Below, one piece after another: positions 37,218 to 52,371 of a stretch of 64,000 nt of DNA. Source of the DNA: Chrysomallon squamiferum (taxonomy: Eukaryota > Animalia > Mollusca); the NCBI GenBank assembly GCA_012295275.1, contig CM022677.1:19344001-19408000 (forward strand). The letters run 5' to 3'. How positions within the stretch are numbered: position 1 is the first letter of the stretch; each line of letters begins with the position of its first letter. Under the pieces are notes generated by a model, which did no database searches, was not told the origin of the DNA, and was given only the letters and a program-made list of their open reading frames with translations. Made by a program: the position numbers and the translations under genes.

Positions 37218-38422
37218 CCATCTCTTTCTTTCTGTCTCTGTGTATTTACATCAGTATGTCTCTTTCTGTCACGATCAAAGTACATGAGGATATTGTATCG
37301 TCTTTATCCATGGGTTCACAGTAGTAACAATGACTGTAGTGTAACAGTATTTCTCAAAGTAATGGCAGACATAGTTGTAATGGTGGTAGCACTAGCAGTA
37401 GTACTATCGGTGGTAGTCATAGTAGTAGTAGTAGTCGCTGCAGTGATAAATCTGAATTATAACTGAAACTACTTTATAAATTTCTTTCTTTCTTTCTTTC
37501 TTTCTTTCTTTATTTACTTATTTATTTATTTTATTTTATTTTATTTTTCTAAATTTTTACATTAGATGATAAAAAGTCTGTTGTAAAGAAATCAGGAGCT
37601 CTGTTTTGATTCGGTCTGCGGTCCAAATGTGAACATTTCCGCCGACGCGACTACAGCCAAACTGAAAAATACCAACCCTGGCGCCCTCTGCTGTACGGAC
37701 AGACCCGTCACACAAGGGGAGGTAATCGAAGTCAAGATACAATCGGTAGAAGATGCCAGGTGGACGTGGGTTCGTGTGTATATAAGTAATTCCAGGTAAC
37801 TGCATTATTCTGTAGTAGTAGCAGTAATACTAATAACAGTAGTAGTGATAGTGTACTAATAGTAGTCGCTGTTGCTGTTGTTGCAGCAGTAGCATCAGTA
37901 GTAGTAGGAGTAGCAATAGTAATAATGGTAGTTGTGGTAATAATAGAGATCCTAATACACAGTAGTAGTGAAGTTAGTAGTAGTTGTTGTTGTTGTATTT
38001 GTACTAGTAGTAGTTACAGTAGTAGCTGTAGCAGAAGTGCCAATAATACCAGTAGCAGTAGTAGTACTTGTAGTAGTAGTAGTAGATGTAGTGCTGGCAG
38101 TTTGCTATATTTTTTAATTCCACGTCTTTCTTTTCCATGCTCAGCGCGCGGGAGTTAAAAATAGATCATTCTGACGTCATGCCGTCAGAAGTCGACGGAT
38201 TGTTTTTCTTGACAATCTTGAAAAATACGCAAGCAACATTGATCCTACGTATCAGAGATGACGATCAAATAGCTTACACAAGTCGAGGGGAGGAGAAAGT
38301 ATGCGCTGTTACTGGAGTCGACCTCTCGAGGCCCGTTTACGTTTACTTCGATCTCTTCCGGGTCACGTTATCCCTGACCTCAGTGATTCGTTCAATAGAC
38401 GACGGTAAGTAACAACAACAGT

Positions 38423-38455
<33 letters not shown>

Positions 38456-38525
38456 AATAATAATAATAATAATAATAGTAATAATAATAATGAAAACAAC
38501 GCCTAAAAAGTAAGAGGTAGTCGTT

Positions 38526-38573
<48 letters not shown>

Positions 38574-38806
38574 ATAGTAGTAGTAGTATTTCATTAAAAC
38601 AATTTTTACATTGACAGTTTCTTTTTCCCTTTCTCTGAAAATGTTTTTCCAGTCTTTGCTATTCTATTCTCTCTCTCTCGCTGTCTCTCTCTGTCTCTCT
38701 CTCACACACACATAGACTCGCACACATATACTCCTTCGTCCCTGTATCACATAAACACATACACACTCACACTATATATATATATGTGTGCGGATTTCTG
38801 AAAGAG

Positions 38807-38870
<64 letters not shown>

Positions 38871-40536
38871 ACAAACATTAAGAAAAGAAAACGATTACTG
38901 TTCGTTTTCGATTAGCAGAAAATGATCTTTTATGCACACCTTCCCATGGATCGGAAAATACCGCGACAGTAGTCTTAATATATTTTACATTTTTGTTTCT
39001 CCAGTGGTCGACTACCCCAAAATAGGCGACGTCTCTCCTGCTGTCGCAGATGAATGCCCGTATGCAACAGCAGATTCTAATGATGACATCGAAGCTGAGA
39101 ACGATGGATACATAACGCCTGTTTGCTACCCTAAGATTAACCCCAACGACGACAATGATGGCGACGAAGGATATTTAACTCCTGTTGCGCCAAAAAGGAA
39201 AGACGATTCTGTTGTAAAATCTACCAAAGCTGGTGGAGCGTCGAAACCCAATATTGCTAATACTGGTCGCGATCCGTCGCTAAATTCCACCGAAAGTAAC
39301 GAAGCACGGAAGTCCACTTATGCTAACGTTGGTTACAATTCTTCGTCAAATTCCACCACAAATCCTATCACTCCACCAGCCGCTGAATTATATCCTGAGA
39401 ACGTGCATGGTGAAGCAGGCGCGGCCAGTGGACCCACCCAAGAAGCTGATGTCGCTGTCAGCGATTTATGCAGCCAGATAGAAGGTATACGGCAGACTTT
39501 GCGACACCCGTCAAGAAACGACCCTTGCTATGGCGTGCTGCTGAAGGACATAAGAAAAAGACTAGAAAGCATCGAGAAAGCTTCATCGACCAATCAAGAA
39601 ATTCTTCATACGGTTAAAAGCCTCGAGCTTCAAGTTACCGAGCTTTTATCAGATGTAACCGTTACGTCACAACCGAAACCAATCCCCGATAACGTAACCC
39701 CGCCCACTGCCGAGATTTTTGACAACTTCATCAAACCAAATTTCACGCGTTTCTTGAGTGACATGGACTCTGACGTTGTTACTGATTATCTTTTCCAGTA
39801 TGACGTCATAACTGAGGAGGTCATGTATAAACTACAGTCAATGGACAAAGAGAAAAAACGTGAAAAGAACCGTCAGATTTTGCACATCATCAAAACAAAA
39901 TCTCAGAAAATGGATTCGTTCAAAGAAGCTCTCAAAGAATCGGGTAACCAGGACTTGGCTGATCTACTCAAATAAAATTATTTTAGCAAGCGTTTGCTGA
40001 AGTAATGTACGAACTCAGTTGAACATTAACGAGACGTAACGAGTATACAAAAAGAAAAAGAAACAGTGGTGCAATCCAAGGAAGGAATTTATTTGTTAAT
40101 GTATATAACAAAAAACATTTTTTATTCTTCTTATTCTTCTTTTCTGTCACATGTTTAAATATATCCATAATGTTGAACATAATATAGTTTGATATAATGA
40201 CGGTATTTGAACAATTTCTCGTTCCAGTTAGTGCTCTTTTAGTTAAATATTATTTTTGTGTTTGTATATTGGTATCAGTGTTTTCGGTTTTAGTCGTTGT
40301 TGTTGTTTGTTTGTGTCTCTTATTTGATTTTCTGATTTTTTTCTGAGTCTTTGTTTTAATTTTATTTTGTATTTTTTTTTCTATTTCTTTATTGATATTG
40401 TTGTTACCTTCTGTTTTGTGAAGAAACGATGGCGATGTTGTATTTATTGTGTTTTTGTGTTTATGCATAAAAAAATTTTTTTATTATTATTATTTTTTGG
40501 ATTTTGTATTCTCGGATTTATTTATTTATTTATTTA

Positions 40537-40609
<73 letters not shown>

Positions 40610-40918
40610 TAATAACAAGTATTCAAACTTTTATAAGAATATTAATATTACTTTGATTAATAAATCAATCCTGATTTTAGGCATCCAAATAGTTTTTCTT
40701 TGTTTGTTGTTTTATTTCATTTTAATTTCCAGCAGGGTAGCGAAGGAGAAACGGTGTGTAGGGGGAGAGAGAGAATAGAAAGGAGAATGGAGGAGTGGAG
40801 GAGTGAGAGAAGGATGGACGGCTGGCCAGTTGATTAGTTACAATAGATAAATAAAAAAAAATTAAAATAATAATAATAATAATAATAACAAAAATAAAAC
40901 ACCCCAAAACAAACAAAC

Positions 40919-40971
<53 letters not shown>

Positions 40972-41267
40972 CAACAACAACAACAAAAAAAACCCAAAAC
41001 AAACAAAACAGACAAGACTGACAACATAAAAAGTATGAAAAACACTGCGAATGAGAGAAACAAAAAAACAACACATTACGTCATTTCAGTTATGTTAATT
41101 TATTGATAAATAGGGGAAGTACGAACGGACACAGTTAATACTCAACCCAAACATCATCCTAATGTATATTCAGGTATTATATGTTGTTGTTGATGTTGTT
41201 GCTGCTGTTACAATTGTTCTTTTTAATTTCTTCTTTTCTATTTTATTAATTTTATTTATTTATATAT

Positions 41268-41298
<31 letters not shown>

Positions 41299-42664
41299 TT
41301 ATTATTATTATTTTTTTTTATATATAAAATCTTAATTAAGAGTATATATTTATTTATAATTTATTTATAACAATAATTTTAATATAAAAAAAACTGTTTT
41401 ATCGTATATAAACCAGTTATTTTCCCCAACCTATTCACTACCAGGTGTACCTTCTTCTTTAAATGTATTTTATTCTTAAAAGTCTGTCTACTCAACAACA
41501 ACAAGAACAGCAACTAACTCGTTTTCCGTCTTTAATTTCTTGGTTAAAAATATAATAACTGAATAAGCAAATTAAATAACGAGAGGACTTCTTGAGATGG
41601 TCGATAATACTTTGTTAATACTGTTTCAAATTCAGAGATAACTGGCAGACAGTAGTGTAGGTCTCTGTAATTTAAAAGTATATTTTTATCAGCTATATCT
41701 TAATTAAATATAGCCATCTATGAAATTTAAACTTAGCTCACGTATTTCTCTCTGCCTTTATGGAACCGCAGGCCGTAGACTGGTTCCGGCAGGTTTATTA
41801 CGAAGGAACCCGAAACAGGGAGGCGGAGTTGTATGGATTTCGTACATGTGGCTGAAACAACAACAACAACAGTGCACGCGACAATGGCTGAAAGTTCCTT
41901 TGCGAGAGAACAGTTGATGAAACATGGATGGACTGATGGTAAAATATTTATTTTTTATATGGTAGTTTTTATTAAAGAATTTACAAATTGAATTATAAAA
42001 TATTTTAAAAGATTAAAAGTTACGATATCAAATGCATTAACTAATTACTTTATTATTTTGCAATTGGATGCACTTCGAAATTGCAGAGCAGACGATATCG
42101 AACGTCACGGAACAACAAATTATAGATTTATTAGTATTAAAACTACGAAGACATTATTATTATTATTATTATGATTATTATTATGAGACACACAGTTTTA
42201 AAATCATTTTATGTCATGAAATGTTATAAAAAGTACAATTATATTTATGAACTTTTATGGTGTGTAATACAAAAATGCAGGAACTCTTCAGTTTTCTTGC
42301 TTTCAACATAGAGATGTACAATTACATCAAACCTTCAACAGAAAAAATAAAATAAAGTTTTTATACTGATAATATAACAAAATCAATGATAAATAACTTC
42401 TAATAAACAAACTAGTACTATGATTTGATTTGATTTCGTTTTATTACATGTTCAAACTGTAGATTTGTATATTAAAATACAATGACATAAATAATATCAT
42501 ATAACATACATATTCTTAATGTTATTATTATTTTTCTCTTTTTTTTTCCCCAGGATGTGGTTTAGGTAAAGAAGAAGATGGAATTACAGATGCCATTAAA
42601 GTGAAAATAAAGAAAGATAAACGTGGGGTACAAATAAAAATATAATTCTACAATAATCTTGATT

Positions 42665-42701
<37 letters not shown>

Positions 42702-45700
42702 CTATTCTGTTAACTGCAGGTCATAAATGAATATAATGTCATTATAATCACATTGTTAATTTTAGGTAGGTCACAATGCAGGTAAAGAATTTACCTATCA
42801 CTGGTGGGACCATGCATTTGACAAAGCGGCAGAAAGTATCAAGGTGGAAACATCAGAGGTTCGTTAACTTACCTTCAAGTATTTGAATAAATGAGCTAAT
42901 AAAAAAATAAAAAATTCAAAGTTAATATTTCATTATTTTGGGTGACCGATCTCATTCACAGAAATAAAAATAAAAACACCCCAGAGAATTTTGAGTTATT
43001 ATTTTATTATTTTGGTTAATAAAATAAAAATTAAAAAATGTATGTTTATATTGCCAAGTTTTTTATTTTTTTATTTTTTTGGTTGACATAATAAAACAAA
43101 TTAAAAACATGTTTTTTTAATATTTATACTGCCAAGTTATTATTGTATTGTGTTGGGCAACCTATCATAATCCGTAACTAAACAAAACAAAACCCACTAC
43201 ATTTTTTTTAATTCCTTCAGTTATTGTTTCATTCATTTGAGCAGTCTATAACCACTAAAAATAATTTATGACAATAAAATAATAATGTTAGAGAATATAC
43301 AAATGCTGCCATTTTGCTCCTAAGTAAATGAAACTGATATCAGTATATATGTAATAGTCAGTCAGCTGGTATTTTTTTTTCTAGGAATGCTAGAAGAAAG
43401 CAGCTTTAGAGTAAGTCAGTCCATGAATTAGAGAAACAAGACAGTCACCAGATATTTTTAAACTTTTGCTGTTAATTAACATTAGAAAGCAGAAAAGCAA
43501 TATAACATAATTTAGACATTTTCAAAGACTATTTCAACTATTACTTCATATATATATATATTAAAAATGCCCTTTAATTAGCATTAGAAAACAGAAAAGC
43601 AATGTAACATAATATTCGATACAGGAATATTTAAAATGTATTTAGACTGTTTGCTCATTTTGGATTAAAAACAGATTTTTACATTTAAATACTAGAAAGA
43701 AACTAGTGTGAGTTAATCCATGAACTATACTACAGAAACATAACAGATATTTTTAAAAATAATTGGAGTATGCTGAATGTTGTTTTATTTTATTTTATAT
43801 TTTTTTAATTATTATTTAATATTAGAAAGCAGAAAAGCAATATGACTGGAATATATTTAATACTGTTATACATCCTTATTAATTAAGGCAGGAGAGAACA
43901 AAAAAAAATGACCCCCAATAATTAATTATATATATGTGTGTATATATATATATATATACCTAAGAAGTATGCAGAATATACTTTTGCAGAGACAAATTGT
44001 TTTTTCACATTATGAAAAATGCCCTTTAATTAGCATTGCACAGGAAACAAAGATATTTCAAAAAGAAAATATTAAGTAATTAAACATATATTCAACTTGG
44101 AAGAATGCAGGATATATTTAGACTGTTTCTTTGTGTCATTGAAGGTACATTGAATTAAGATTGGAAACAAAAACAATTGCAGAATATATTTAAATTATTT
44201 CTTCGTACCAACAGAGACACATTTTCATTAAAACTGGGCAGAATACAAAACAAATAATAACAGAATATATTTACACTGTTCCTTTGTAACGTCAAAGATG
44301 CATGTTAATTTTTTTTAATTTTTTTTTTTTTTTTGTTGTTGAAAAGTAACTACAGAATATATGATTATAACATTAATTTAACTACCTTGATGGAAAGAAA
44401 AACTGAACATATTTAAATATATATTTTTTTGGTTGCTACAATTTTTGTCATTTTAAACTAAAACGTCAATTATCCTGTAAAAGCTTTTTTTAAACAAACA
44501 TTGAAATATTTTTTGGAGAAGCAGTAAGTTCTATTTTTTCAATTTTATGTATGAATTAATTAATTTATTTTGTTATTTTAATGATGTGTTTAAGTAGAAA
44601 ATGTAGATTCTTTCTTTAACGGAATAGATTATTGTATTTTTATAGTGTGTTAAACACACAGTCTCAATATATTAATACCTGGAGCAAAATAAATCTTAAA
44701 ATGTAGCTGTGTTCATTAATAAAAATGACATATAATCTAGACTGGGAAATATGTGCTGCATAAGACATTAACATTAACATTTTCACCTGCAGTGTGTGAG
44801 TTGTAGTAATTTACACTTAATATCAACACTTTAGTTTACTCATGGTATAATTCTGTTGTACCGATTTTAATTTATTATTATTATTTTTTTTTTTTTTTTT
44901 TTTTTTTTCAGGAAGGTGTGGTTCTATCAAAGTCATCTGAAAATTCAAACAAGAATAAAAAAGATTTTCTTTATGGAACGTTTGTGAAGGTGATAAGCTG
45001 AATTTTAAAAAATTTTAAAAAATTTAAAAAAAAAACAGACATATATATATATATAAATATATACACAGACACAGACACACAGATGCACAATTTCATATAA
45101 GAAGTAAAAAATTTTTCTTTGTAAACTTTGGAACAGTAAAATGTTAAATTTAAGTAAAAATTATAGACAGACAAAACCACACATACACTTATACATAGTC
45201 GCATCCATATATTCTTTGGCCACATTTCTGCAATTTTATTTATAATCTATTTTTTTTAAATTTTATTTTATTCTTTTCTTCCACATGATTTTTTGTTTTA
45301 TTTCATTTGAAATTCCCATCATTTTATTTTATACTACATTCATTTCTTTTCATTCTATTACTAATACGAATAATAATAATAATAATAATATTTTTTTAAT
45401 ATATAATTCTAGTTTATAGTAAATTTAATTTTTAAAATAATTTTGTGATATTTTTGAAAGGGTGGAACTCTTCTGGATAGTAAGGAAGAAATGTTGTCGT
45501 CCAGTAATGAGGACACTGATTCGGAAGAAGACTGGAGCAAAAACAGGTTTTTAAATTTATTTATTTTATATAAAATTATAAATAATATAGTACAACAGCA
45601 AGTTTAGGAAAAAAAAGATAATTAAAAGGGCTGTTTTATTAAAGCAGCATTTAAAAAGCTGATTGATAAATGTAAGAATTTCTTATAATATTTTAACAAA

Positions 45701-46338
45701 AATTGGTTACTTGAAAAAATACAGTCTAAGGGGAGACTATCTAAATTTCCTTCTTTTACTAATATTTTTTTTATTATTATTTACTTTTTTAATTATATCA
45801 TTATTGTTAATTACTTTTATACCAAAGTATAGTTGTTGAAGATGGGTTAATAGTAGATAAAGGCTTTTTAGTTATTTTTTTATTAATTTTTACTAAAGAA
45901 ATTTCTAAATTTAAGATACTGCTATATATATTTTTTCTATCTGCTTTTAGATTATTTTACTGTGAGTTGCTGTTGAATATTATTCTCATTATTATTATTA
46001 TTATTATTTGCTGTCTGATTAAGTTTTTAAGTAGGAATTCTTTACAGTGCATTTAGAATATTCTCAGTTATTATTATTTTTATTATTGTTGTTATTAGCT
46101 ATCTGTTTTTGTCAGTTTTTAAGTGTATCAATTTTTTTGCTTGGGTTTAGAATATTCTCAGTTATTATTATTAGCTATCTGTTTTTGTCAGTTTTTAAGT
46201 GTATTAATTTTTTTGCTTGGGTTTAGAATGTTCTCAATTCGTGTTATCTTTATTACAAGTTGTAGAACCCTTGTCTAAAATTCTTGGGACAGGAAGAGTT
46301 TTCGATTTAAGACTCTTTTTGTTTTGGTTTTGGAATAC
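34552..46338 (+). repeat. Tandem segmental duplication, unit 2 (~11.8 kb)
   Basis: Ends at TTGGAATAC (46338), the sequence preceding the junction at 34552. Junction microhomology is 1 bp (C). Confidence 0.95.
34866..39975 (+). pseudogene. NHR-NHR-CARD gene, copy 2, frameshifted
   Basis: Exons 34866-34883 (MATQRM), 36668-37109, 37566-37795, 38145-38404, 39005-39975. Exon 3 is 230 nt versus 232 nt in copy 1 (GGAGTGCTC becomes GGAGCTC), giving TGA at 37607-37609. This could be an assembly error. Confidence 0.75.
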
Positions 46339-47005
46339 AGAGACATAACATAAGAACATAATTAAACTCTGAATGCAAATTCTATTTATGTTTACAGTTC
46401 ATATAGATAATTTGCTAGGATTTTTCTTATATATGTAATGTTATTTTTCATAATTTTTATTCATTTTGTGAAATAAAAACACATTTATGCTGAACCATTC
46501 AAAAACCATAATATGTCACCATTTTGTCTATTTTGTGGGGTGGAAAGAAAGAATTAAGTTTGTGAGGTTTTCAGATTTTTTTATTTGATTGTCTACCTGT
46601 TTTATTATTAGTGTTTTCATTTTTTAATTAGTAACTATTCTCTTCTGTTTCTCTAACTTTCTTCTACAAGTAACAGTTGGATTAGTAATGATAATGGTGG
46701 TCCTGGTACTAACTGTAGTAGTATGATACTAATACAGCTTACAGTATTATAGTAATTGTAGTAGATGTAGTAGTAGTAGTAGTACTACTAATAGTACATA
46801 CAGTTGTAGTAATACTTGTTCCAGCAGTAGTAATAATGTCATAATGCAGAAGTAGTGAGTACAGTAGTTGTAGTAATGGTACTACTAATAGCACTAGCTA
46901 AGTAATAACTGTTGGAGTAGTTGTAGCAGTAGAAGTAATAGTAGTAGTACTGCTACACTAATAGTAATTGCAGTAACAGTAGTGATAAAAGACTAATCTT
47001 TTTAT

Positions 47006-47101
<96 letters not shown>

Positions 47102-48953
47102 GTGTCCATATCTCAACTATCTCTCAGTCTTTATCCTAATATTTATTTGTGATTTTTATTTTTATTTTTATTTTTATACATTTCAGACCATCAGAAGAAA
47201 AAGTATTTGAACTATGTGGTGGAAGAACAGGCCACAAGTAAGTGTAAACATTAATTGTTCAAATGGAAGTGTTCAGGTCTGATTTTATTTTTTAAACTGT
47301 TCAGTATGATATGTATCTGATATTCTAGCATATAAGTGGGACAGCATTAAAATTTATTTTTAGGTTTCAATGTAGTGGTTGTTGTACTGGAAAGAATTTG
47401 GCTTTTATCGTCATTGCCAGTAGCAGCAGTTATAAAGTAGTAGAGTAGAAATTGTAGTATTTGTGGTAATAATATAAGTAATAATAATAATAAGTGGTAG
47501 TAATAATAATAAGTGGTAGTAATAATGGTGGTATAAGTAATCGGAGTATTCATACTAAAATTATTATAGTAGCTGAAGTGGTAGTTTTATCAAAGTACTG
47601 GCAGTAGTTGTAGCAGTAATAGTGATTTAGCTAGTATTGTTTATTAATAGTATTGTTATTTTTGTTAGAATTAATGGTAATTAATCACTAGCATTAGTAT
47701 TATAAAATTTTGTTTCTTCCATTTTTTACTTAAAGTAATTTTATATATATGCATCTACTTAATGATGGTAATATTAATTTTCATAACAATAATATCAGAG
47801 ATGAGAAATTTGGTTTTGAAAAAAACAAAAAGGAAAAAAAAAAGCTAATCAAAACTGTTAGGAGATCAGTTAATTTTCTTTGTAAAAATTCTCTGTTTAA
47901 AACTATATTTTAACTTTAGTAGCTGTGCCTATAAATAAAAATGAAAGAAGCAAAAGTAATTGTTTGCATTAAACCATATAACAGAATGATGATGATTACT
48001 CATGGGCAAACAATTGCTTGCATATATTAGAATGATATTGATGATGATGATGGTAATGATTATTACACAAGGCAAACAAATTGCTCACATTAAACCATAT
48101 TAAAGAATGATGATGATGATGATGGTAATGATTAAATAAGGGCAAACAAACTGATTGAATTAAATCGTATAAAAGAATGATATTTGTTACAATGATGATG
48201 ATGATAATAATGAACACATTTTTATTTTCCAGGGCTGCACGCTTTGGGCACAAATTGAACGGCAAACTAAAACGAATTCAAGAGCATGAAGAAGAAACCT
48301 TGCTGCAGCAGGTAAATAGACAGACTAATCAGCAGAATGGCCACCATGATCATCACTGTGACAAAACATCAGCACACGAAAGCAAGAAAAATAACGAAAA
48401 GAGCACTGATGGTGACGTTTTAGATGAAAAAAAGAAAAAATGCAAATTAACCGAACTTGAAAATCACCGAAAAGATGATGAATTTGAAAAGAAACATAAA
48501 AAAAAGAAGAAGAAGAAAGAAAATAAAAGAAAAATTCAAGAAAATTCAAATGCCGAGGCTGTTTATAGTTTGGATAATGTGAAAAGTGAAGGTGGTTGTG
48601 GAGAAAATGAGGTGCTTTCCGAAACGGTGGAAATTGCAAAAGGTCAGAATCACTGTCAAAGGTCAAACAAAACTGTAAATGGTTTCGGAAATGAAGATTT
48701 ACAGGACTCAAATTTGTCTAATGATTATGAAGAAGTTTCAGAACTGATGAAAAAGAAGAAGAAGAAGAAGAAAAGGAAAAAGAAAAGTAAATCTTCGAAG
48801 GAATGTTGCCATAGTGATGATGATGATGATGATGTAATGGTGAAAAAGGCAAAAACTGAGGAGGAGATTTTAGAAATTTCGCATAATTTAACTGGCAAAG
48901 AAATTACTAAAACAAAGAAACTGAAAAAGAGAAAAAAGAAAACATTCAGGTGA
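41884..48953 (+). CDS. GPATCH4: G patch domain-containing protein 4, ~385 aa
   Basis: Exons 41884-41938, 42554-42627, 42766-42858, 44912-44989, 45461-45546, 47187-47237, 48233-48953 (1158 nt). [30 protein letters not shown]...GVGHNAGKEFTYHWWDHAFDKAA...LYGTFVK...CGGRTGHKAARFG...GKLKRIQEHE plus a Lys-rich tail match GPATCH4. Confidence 0.95.
46256..46599 (+). mobile_element. Degenerate ~345-bp non-autonomous Tc1/mariner pogo/Tigger-like element (MITE) in GPATCH4 intron 5
   Basis: Starts TA|CAAGTTGTAGA and ends GTCTACCTG (imperfect TIRs). Internal blocks (CCCTTGTCTAAAATTCTTGGGACAGGAAGAGTTTTCGATTT, TTTGGAATA, AAATTCTATTTATGTTT, TGAACCAT...TGTCACCAT) resemble the Tigger4/MER46 consensus as remembered. 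Not database-checked. Confidence 0.55.
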
Positions 48954-49708
48954 AAAATGACTTACATTAAAGGCAAAATTAACATAAATAAAATTATTAT
49001 TTTTTTAAATTTTAAATTTGAATTTATTTTTATTATTAACATCGGTCGTTATCTAACTGATCACATAAAACTGGGGATTAATTTGCAATACTAATTTTCA
49101 AGCTAATCTTGTCTCAGAACCCCAGTTCCTTTGACCAAGGAAGACACAAAACCTGAATTGAATCAGCACAGTCAAATTGCAGTATAAGACTGAGTTAATA
49201 AATATGCACCAATGATAAAATATAACCTAAAAGCATGTATAGTTTATTCTTCAGATGCATCAAATAGCCAGTGTACTAAGCATTTCTGCAGGTTTATCTG
49301 TCCCTGTTTATTTGTGTTAAAACTCTCCAGAAAAAGGGGGTGAGGTGAGGGGGGATGGTTTTAGAGTGCATCTTATAGAGCCATTTCAGTCCTTGCTCAT
49401 TTTGTATTGCTGATGTTTCAAAAAGCTGTGTTATGTGTTTTCTATGGGAAGAATGTATCAGTTTCCCTTTTTTCGTTTTTTTTTTTTTTTTTTTTTTTTT
49501 GCCTCCCATTTGTTAGTGGCATTTTTTAAAATTATTATTATCATTATTTATCAGTCTTTTTCTGTCTGAAAATTAATAACTCAATCATAGTCACGTGTGA
49601 AGGAGAGGGCGAGAGAGAGAGAAAAAGAAATTTGTGTCTTATTCTCAGTTTATCAGTCGTTTTTTTCCATTTTAAAATATAATGATTTTAATGCCTGATT
49701 ATAATTTT

Positions 49709-49749
<41 letters not shown>

Positions 49750-50894
49750 AAATGTGTGCATTTATATACATGTCTGTATGACTAATTATCAAACAGCTCT
49801 TCATATAAACCTTGTAACAATTTTCAGCAACCTGTTTTAATAGTACTTTGCAATCAATAAAATAAAGTACTTGCGAACCAGAAAAAAAAAAAAAAAAAAA
49901 AACCTCATAAAATAAATTGTCACGCTAACCTATCAGTCAGTGCATTACTTTTTGACTGTCTGTCTGTCTGTCTGTCTGATGTCTGTAATACAAACAGATC
50001 TAATGACAGGCAGTTCAAAAGCAAAAGCTTCGTTTGTACTTTATTAAATGTGTACTGTATTCACGGTACGAAAAGGTAGAGAATTTGGCGTTCATAAAAG
50101 TGATACTAATATGAGGAAGAAAAAAAAAAAGGTGTGCCATAAAGATGGGAAACGGAAAAAAAAAAAATTACTACAGGCTTGTAGAAAAACCGACATGGTA
50201 AAGTGAGTAAAGAATGAATGAAATATATATTCACATGTGTACACATAACGCATATTTACGTACATAACACAATTATACATTCATATATACACACATTACA
50301 TCTGATATGCCAGGAAACGGAACAATACCTCATAAAAACAACAAAAATTTAATACCATTATTCTGACTGCATTTTGTATATTTTTCTAAATATCTGTCTG
50401 TTGAATAACAAATAACAGTACGTTACATCAGTCTGTCAGTTCGTCTTCAAATTTAGAAACATTTGTGTTGTTAAATATATTTGCACCGGCAATTACAAAC
50501 ACATGGCTACATGCAAATGCAGACACGACAACAGGCACGCATACAGAGAGATGGAGAGAAGGTTAGGGAAACAAAGCAGCGAGGAATGAGAGAATAACAG
50601 AAATACAAGGTCGCTTACCTATTAACATGGCTTCTTCGGTTCTGTTTACCGATTGCGTCATCGGCAACGAAAGAAGAATCCCATGACGTCATCACAATTA
50701 TATTTATTTATAGACGTGATCAAGGATTCCAAACAAACACAAATACACAGATCAAATATCAATACTGTAATGCGTATTCATGTACTGTTGTAGTAGCGGT
50801 AGTTGTTGTCATTTACTATTAATAAATTCACTGACATTTAATTATTAGTTGTTGCTTTTTTATTATTATTAATGTATTTGTGTGTATGTATACA

Positions 50895-50933
<39 letters not shown>

Positions 50934-51138
50934 TACTATCGGGGGTGGGATCTGGACGTGTTTACAATTCGTATATTTATTTTGATATTTATCGCTATTA
51001 TTACAGAATGTAAAATCTAATATTAAAAAAAAAAAAAAAAACAAGAGAGAGAGAAAAAAACAGTGTATCTGCACACATTATTTCAGTATCGATTTTCTTA
51101 CAATTATTACATCATTAAGGCCATATTAGTATTTGTCT

Positions 51139-51224
<86 letters not shown>

Positions 51225-51288
51225 TGTGCGTGCGTGCCTGTATATGTATGTTGTATTTTTATAATTTTCCTTCAGCATTTGGCATCAC

Positions 51289-51411
<123 letters not shown>

Positions 51412-51647
51412 TTACAGTTATTTGTCATTAGTTTTTATTTTACTTCCGGTTATAAAAAAGCTCTGTCGTATCGGCAAGCATAGCCTGTGCGTTTCCTTGC
51501 ATCAGTGCAACGCTGCAATCAATAATATATTTTAAATGAAGTGGATTTCAGTGCACGAAGTGGATTCGGCGACCACGCCCATGTTATCAATAATAATATG
51601 TAGTCGCGAGCGAAAGAAATCACGGGGAGCCATTGTACGCTTTTCCT

Positions 51648-51726
<79 letters not shown>

Positions 51727-51792
51727 TCGAGGAAAGGACAGTTTTTGGTTTTCAAAAATAAAATAATTAAAATAAAATAAAATAATAAATAC

Positions 51793-51846
<54 letters not shown>

Positions 51847-52336
51847 ATAATAAATAAATAAATAAATAAATTTAAAAAAGAAATAATAATAATAATTCAT
51901 ATAGTTACGGAAACAACTACCTCACGGAAATATATGAGAGAAATGACGTCACCATTTGCACGAGCTGTCACTAACACATTGACTTATTAATTCATTTCAA
52001 AGAGAGATTATACATCTTTTGCATACATCGTTACCACGGTAACCAAATGGTCTCGAATTTATCAATTTTTAAACTCTTTTTATTTTTATTTCTGTTTCCT
52101 CAATAAGCTACGGTAGAGAGATGAGTACGATTTAAAAAATAGGGAAACTAGACTGTTAATCGCAGCGACTGAGGTATAAGCGAAAGCGATTGAATCCCCT
52201 GTTTAAAGTGACACTTAAATTCGTTTTTTTTGTTGATGATTTTTAAAAAAAAAAAAATTTCTGGATAATCAAGAATTGAGGACGCTCTCTGAAATACTCG
52301 TTACAAGGAAAGAATCGAGTTTTTTTTTTTTTATTC

Positions 52337-52371
<35 letters not shown>

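Noticed and set aside
41720-41917. 65-aa ORF overlapping the GPATCH4 start
   Set aside because: It runs through the promoter/5' UTR, is not preserved as an ORF in the duplicate, and has no recognisable motif.
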